This document shows, piece after piece, positions 1-396 of a DNA stretch of 396 nucleotides. The notes beneath the pieces are model-generated. The model did not search any database. It had not been told where the DNA came from and saw nothing but the letters and a program-made list of their open reading frames with translations. How positions within the stretch are numbered: position 1 is the stretch's first letter; every line of letters starts with the position of its first letter. A program made the translations under genes and the position numbers. Origin of the DNA: a phage; the sequence record OP360891.1; one strand, written 5' to 3'.

Positions 1-396
1 TGCTGACTGCGGACGTTCTGATTTACGACATTGAGGACGCTATGAACCACTACGACGTTCGCGCTGAGTACACCGCACAGTTGGGTGAATCTCTGGCGAT
101 GGCGGCTGACGGTGCTGTACTGGCCGAACTGGCTGGTCTGGTTAACCTGCCGGACGCCTCCAATGAGAACATCGAGGGTCTCGGTAAGCCTACCGTACTG
201 ACTCTGGTTAAGCCGACCACTGGCGACCTGACTGACCCGGTTGAGCTGGGTAAAGCGATTATCGCGCAGTTGACTATCGCTCGTGCATCTCTGACCAAGA
301 ACTACGTTCCGGCTGCTGACCGCACCTTCTACACCACTCCTGATAACTACTCCGCGATTCTGGCTGCCCTGATGCCCAACGCCGCCAACTACGCGA
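1..396 (+). CDS. 10: Major capsid protein of a T7-like phage (gp10A homolog, HK97-fold). Internal fragment, truncated at both ends by the window; first complete codon at nt 3-5, last complete codon at nt 393-395.
   Basis: Seen in sequence: + strand frame 3 is open across the whole window (131 codons, no stop). It translates to LTADVLIYDIEDAMNHYDVRAEYTAQLGESLAMAADGAVLAELAGLVNLPDASNENIEGLGKPTVLTLVKPTTGDLTDPVELGKAIIAQLTIARASLTKNYVPAADRTFYTTPDNYSAILAALMPNAANYA. Established knowledge, recalled from memory and not searched: T7 gp10A contains ...LTADVLIYDIEDAMNHYDVRSEYTSQLGESLAMAADGAVLAEIAGL...NENIEGLG...LGKEIIAALTKARAALTKNYVPAADRVFYCDPDSYSAILAALMPNAANYA..., so the two flanks of the window are near-identical to T7 and the middle is clearly homologous. 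Codon usage is strongly skewed to highly-expressed enterobacterial codons (Leu 14 CTG of 17, Tyr 7 of 7 TAC, Asn 7 of 8 AAC, Gly 6 of 7 GGT), as expected for an abundant virion protein. Confidence 0.93.

Noticed and set aside
183-233. Short recurring hexamers (ctgact at 3-8, 198-203 and 228-233; taagcc at 185-190 and 208-213).
   Set aside because: They are explained by repeated use of the same preferred codons (CTG-ACT for Leu-Thr, AAG-CC for Lys-Pro) within a biased coding sequence. They are too short and irregular to be a repeat element, CRISPR array or binding-site array.
50-298. 82-aa minus-strand ORF from the supplied six-frame track (MVRDARAIVNCAIIALPSSTGSVRSPVVGLTRVS...).
   Set aside because: It lies entirely antisense to a strongly supported, highly conserved capsid coding frame, and its first codon is the reverse complement of nt 296-298 (TTG, not ATG). 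Its Ser/Ala/Arg/Thr-rich low-complexity product is what you get from reading the reverse complement of an Ala/Leu/Thr-rich, GC-biased sense frame. There is no independent support for it as a gene.
1-396. Possible programmed -1 ribosomal frameshift site, as used by T7 to make gp10B from gene 10.
   Set aside because: In T7 the frameshift is near the 3' end of gene 10, downstream of the part homologous to this window. I found no X XXY YYZ slippery heptamer in the sense frame here.
1-396. T7-type promoter, terminator or RBS.
   Set aside because: No match to the T7 promoter consensus (TAATACGACTCACTATAG) and no GC-rich hairpin followed by a T-tract. The whole window is coding, and such elements would be upstream or downstream of gene 10, outside it.

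Overview
The whole 396-nt window is an internal fragment of a single + strand gene encoding the major capsid protein of a T7-like podophage (Autographiviridae, T7 gene 10 / gp10A homolog). Reading from nt 3 gives 131 sense codons with no stop, and the translation closely matches my recalled T7 gp10A sequence over roughly residues 100-230. Both ends run off the window, so no start, stop, promoter, terminator or other gene boundary is visible. The only ORF in the supplied track (50..298, minus strand) is an antisense artefact of this gene. I see no evidence of a novel or undescribed system here: this is ordinary, highly conserved phage structural-gene sequence. The only points of mild interest are the host-adapted codon bias and the clustering of amino-acid divergence from T7 in the middle of the window.
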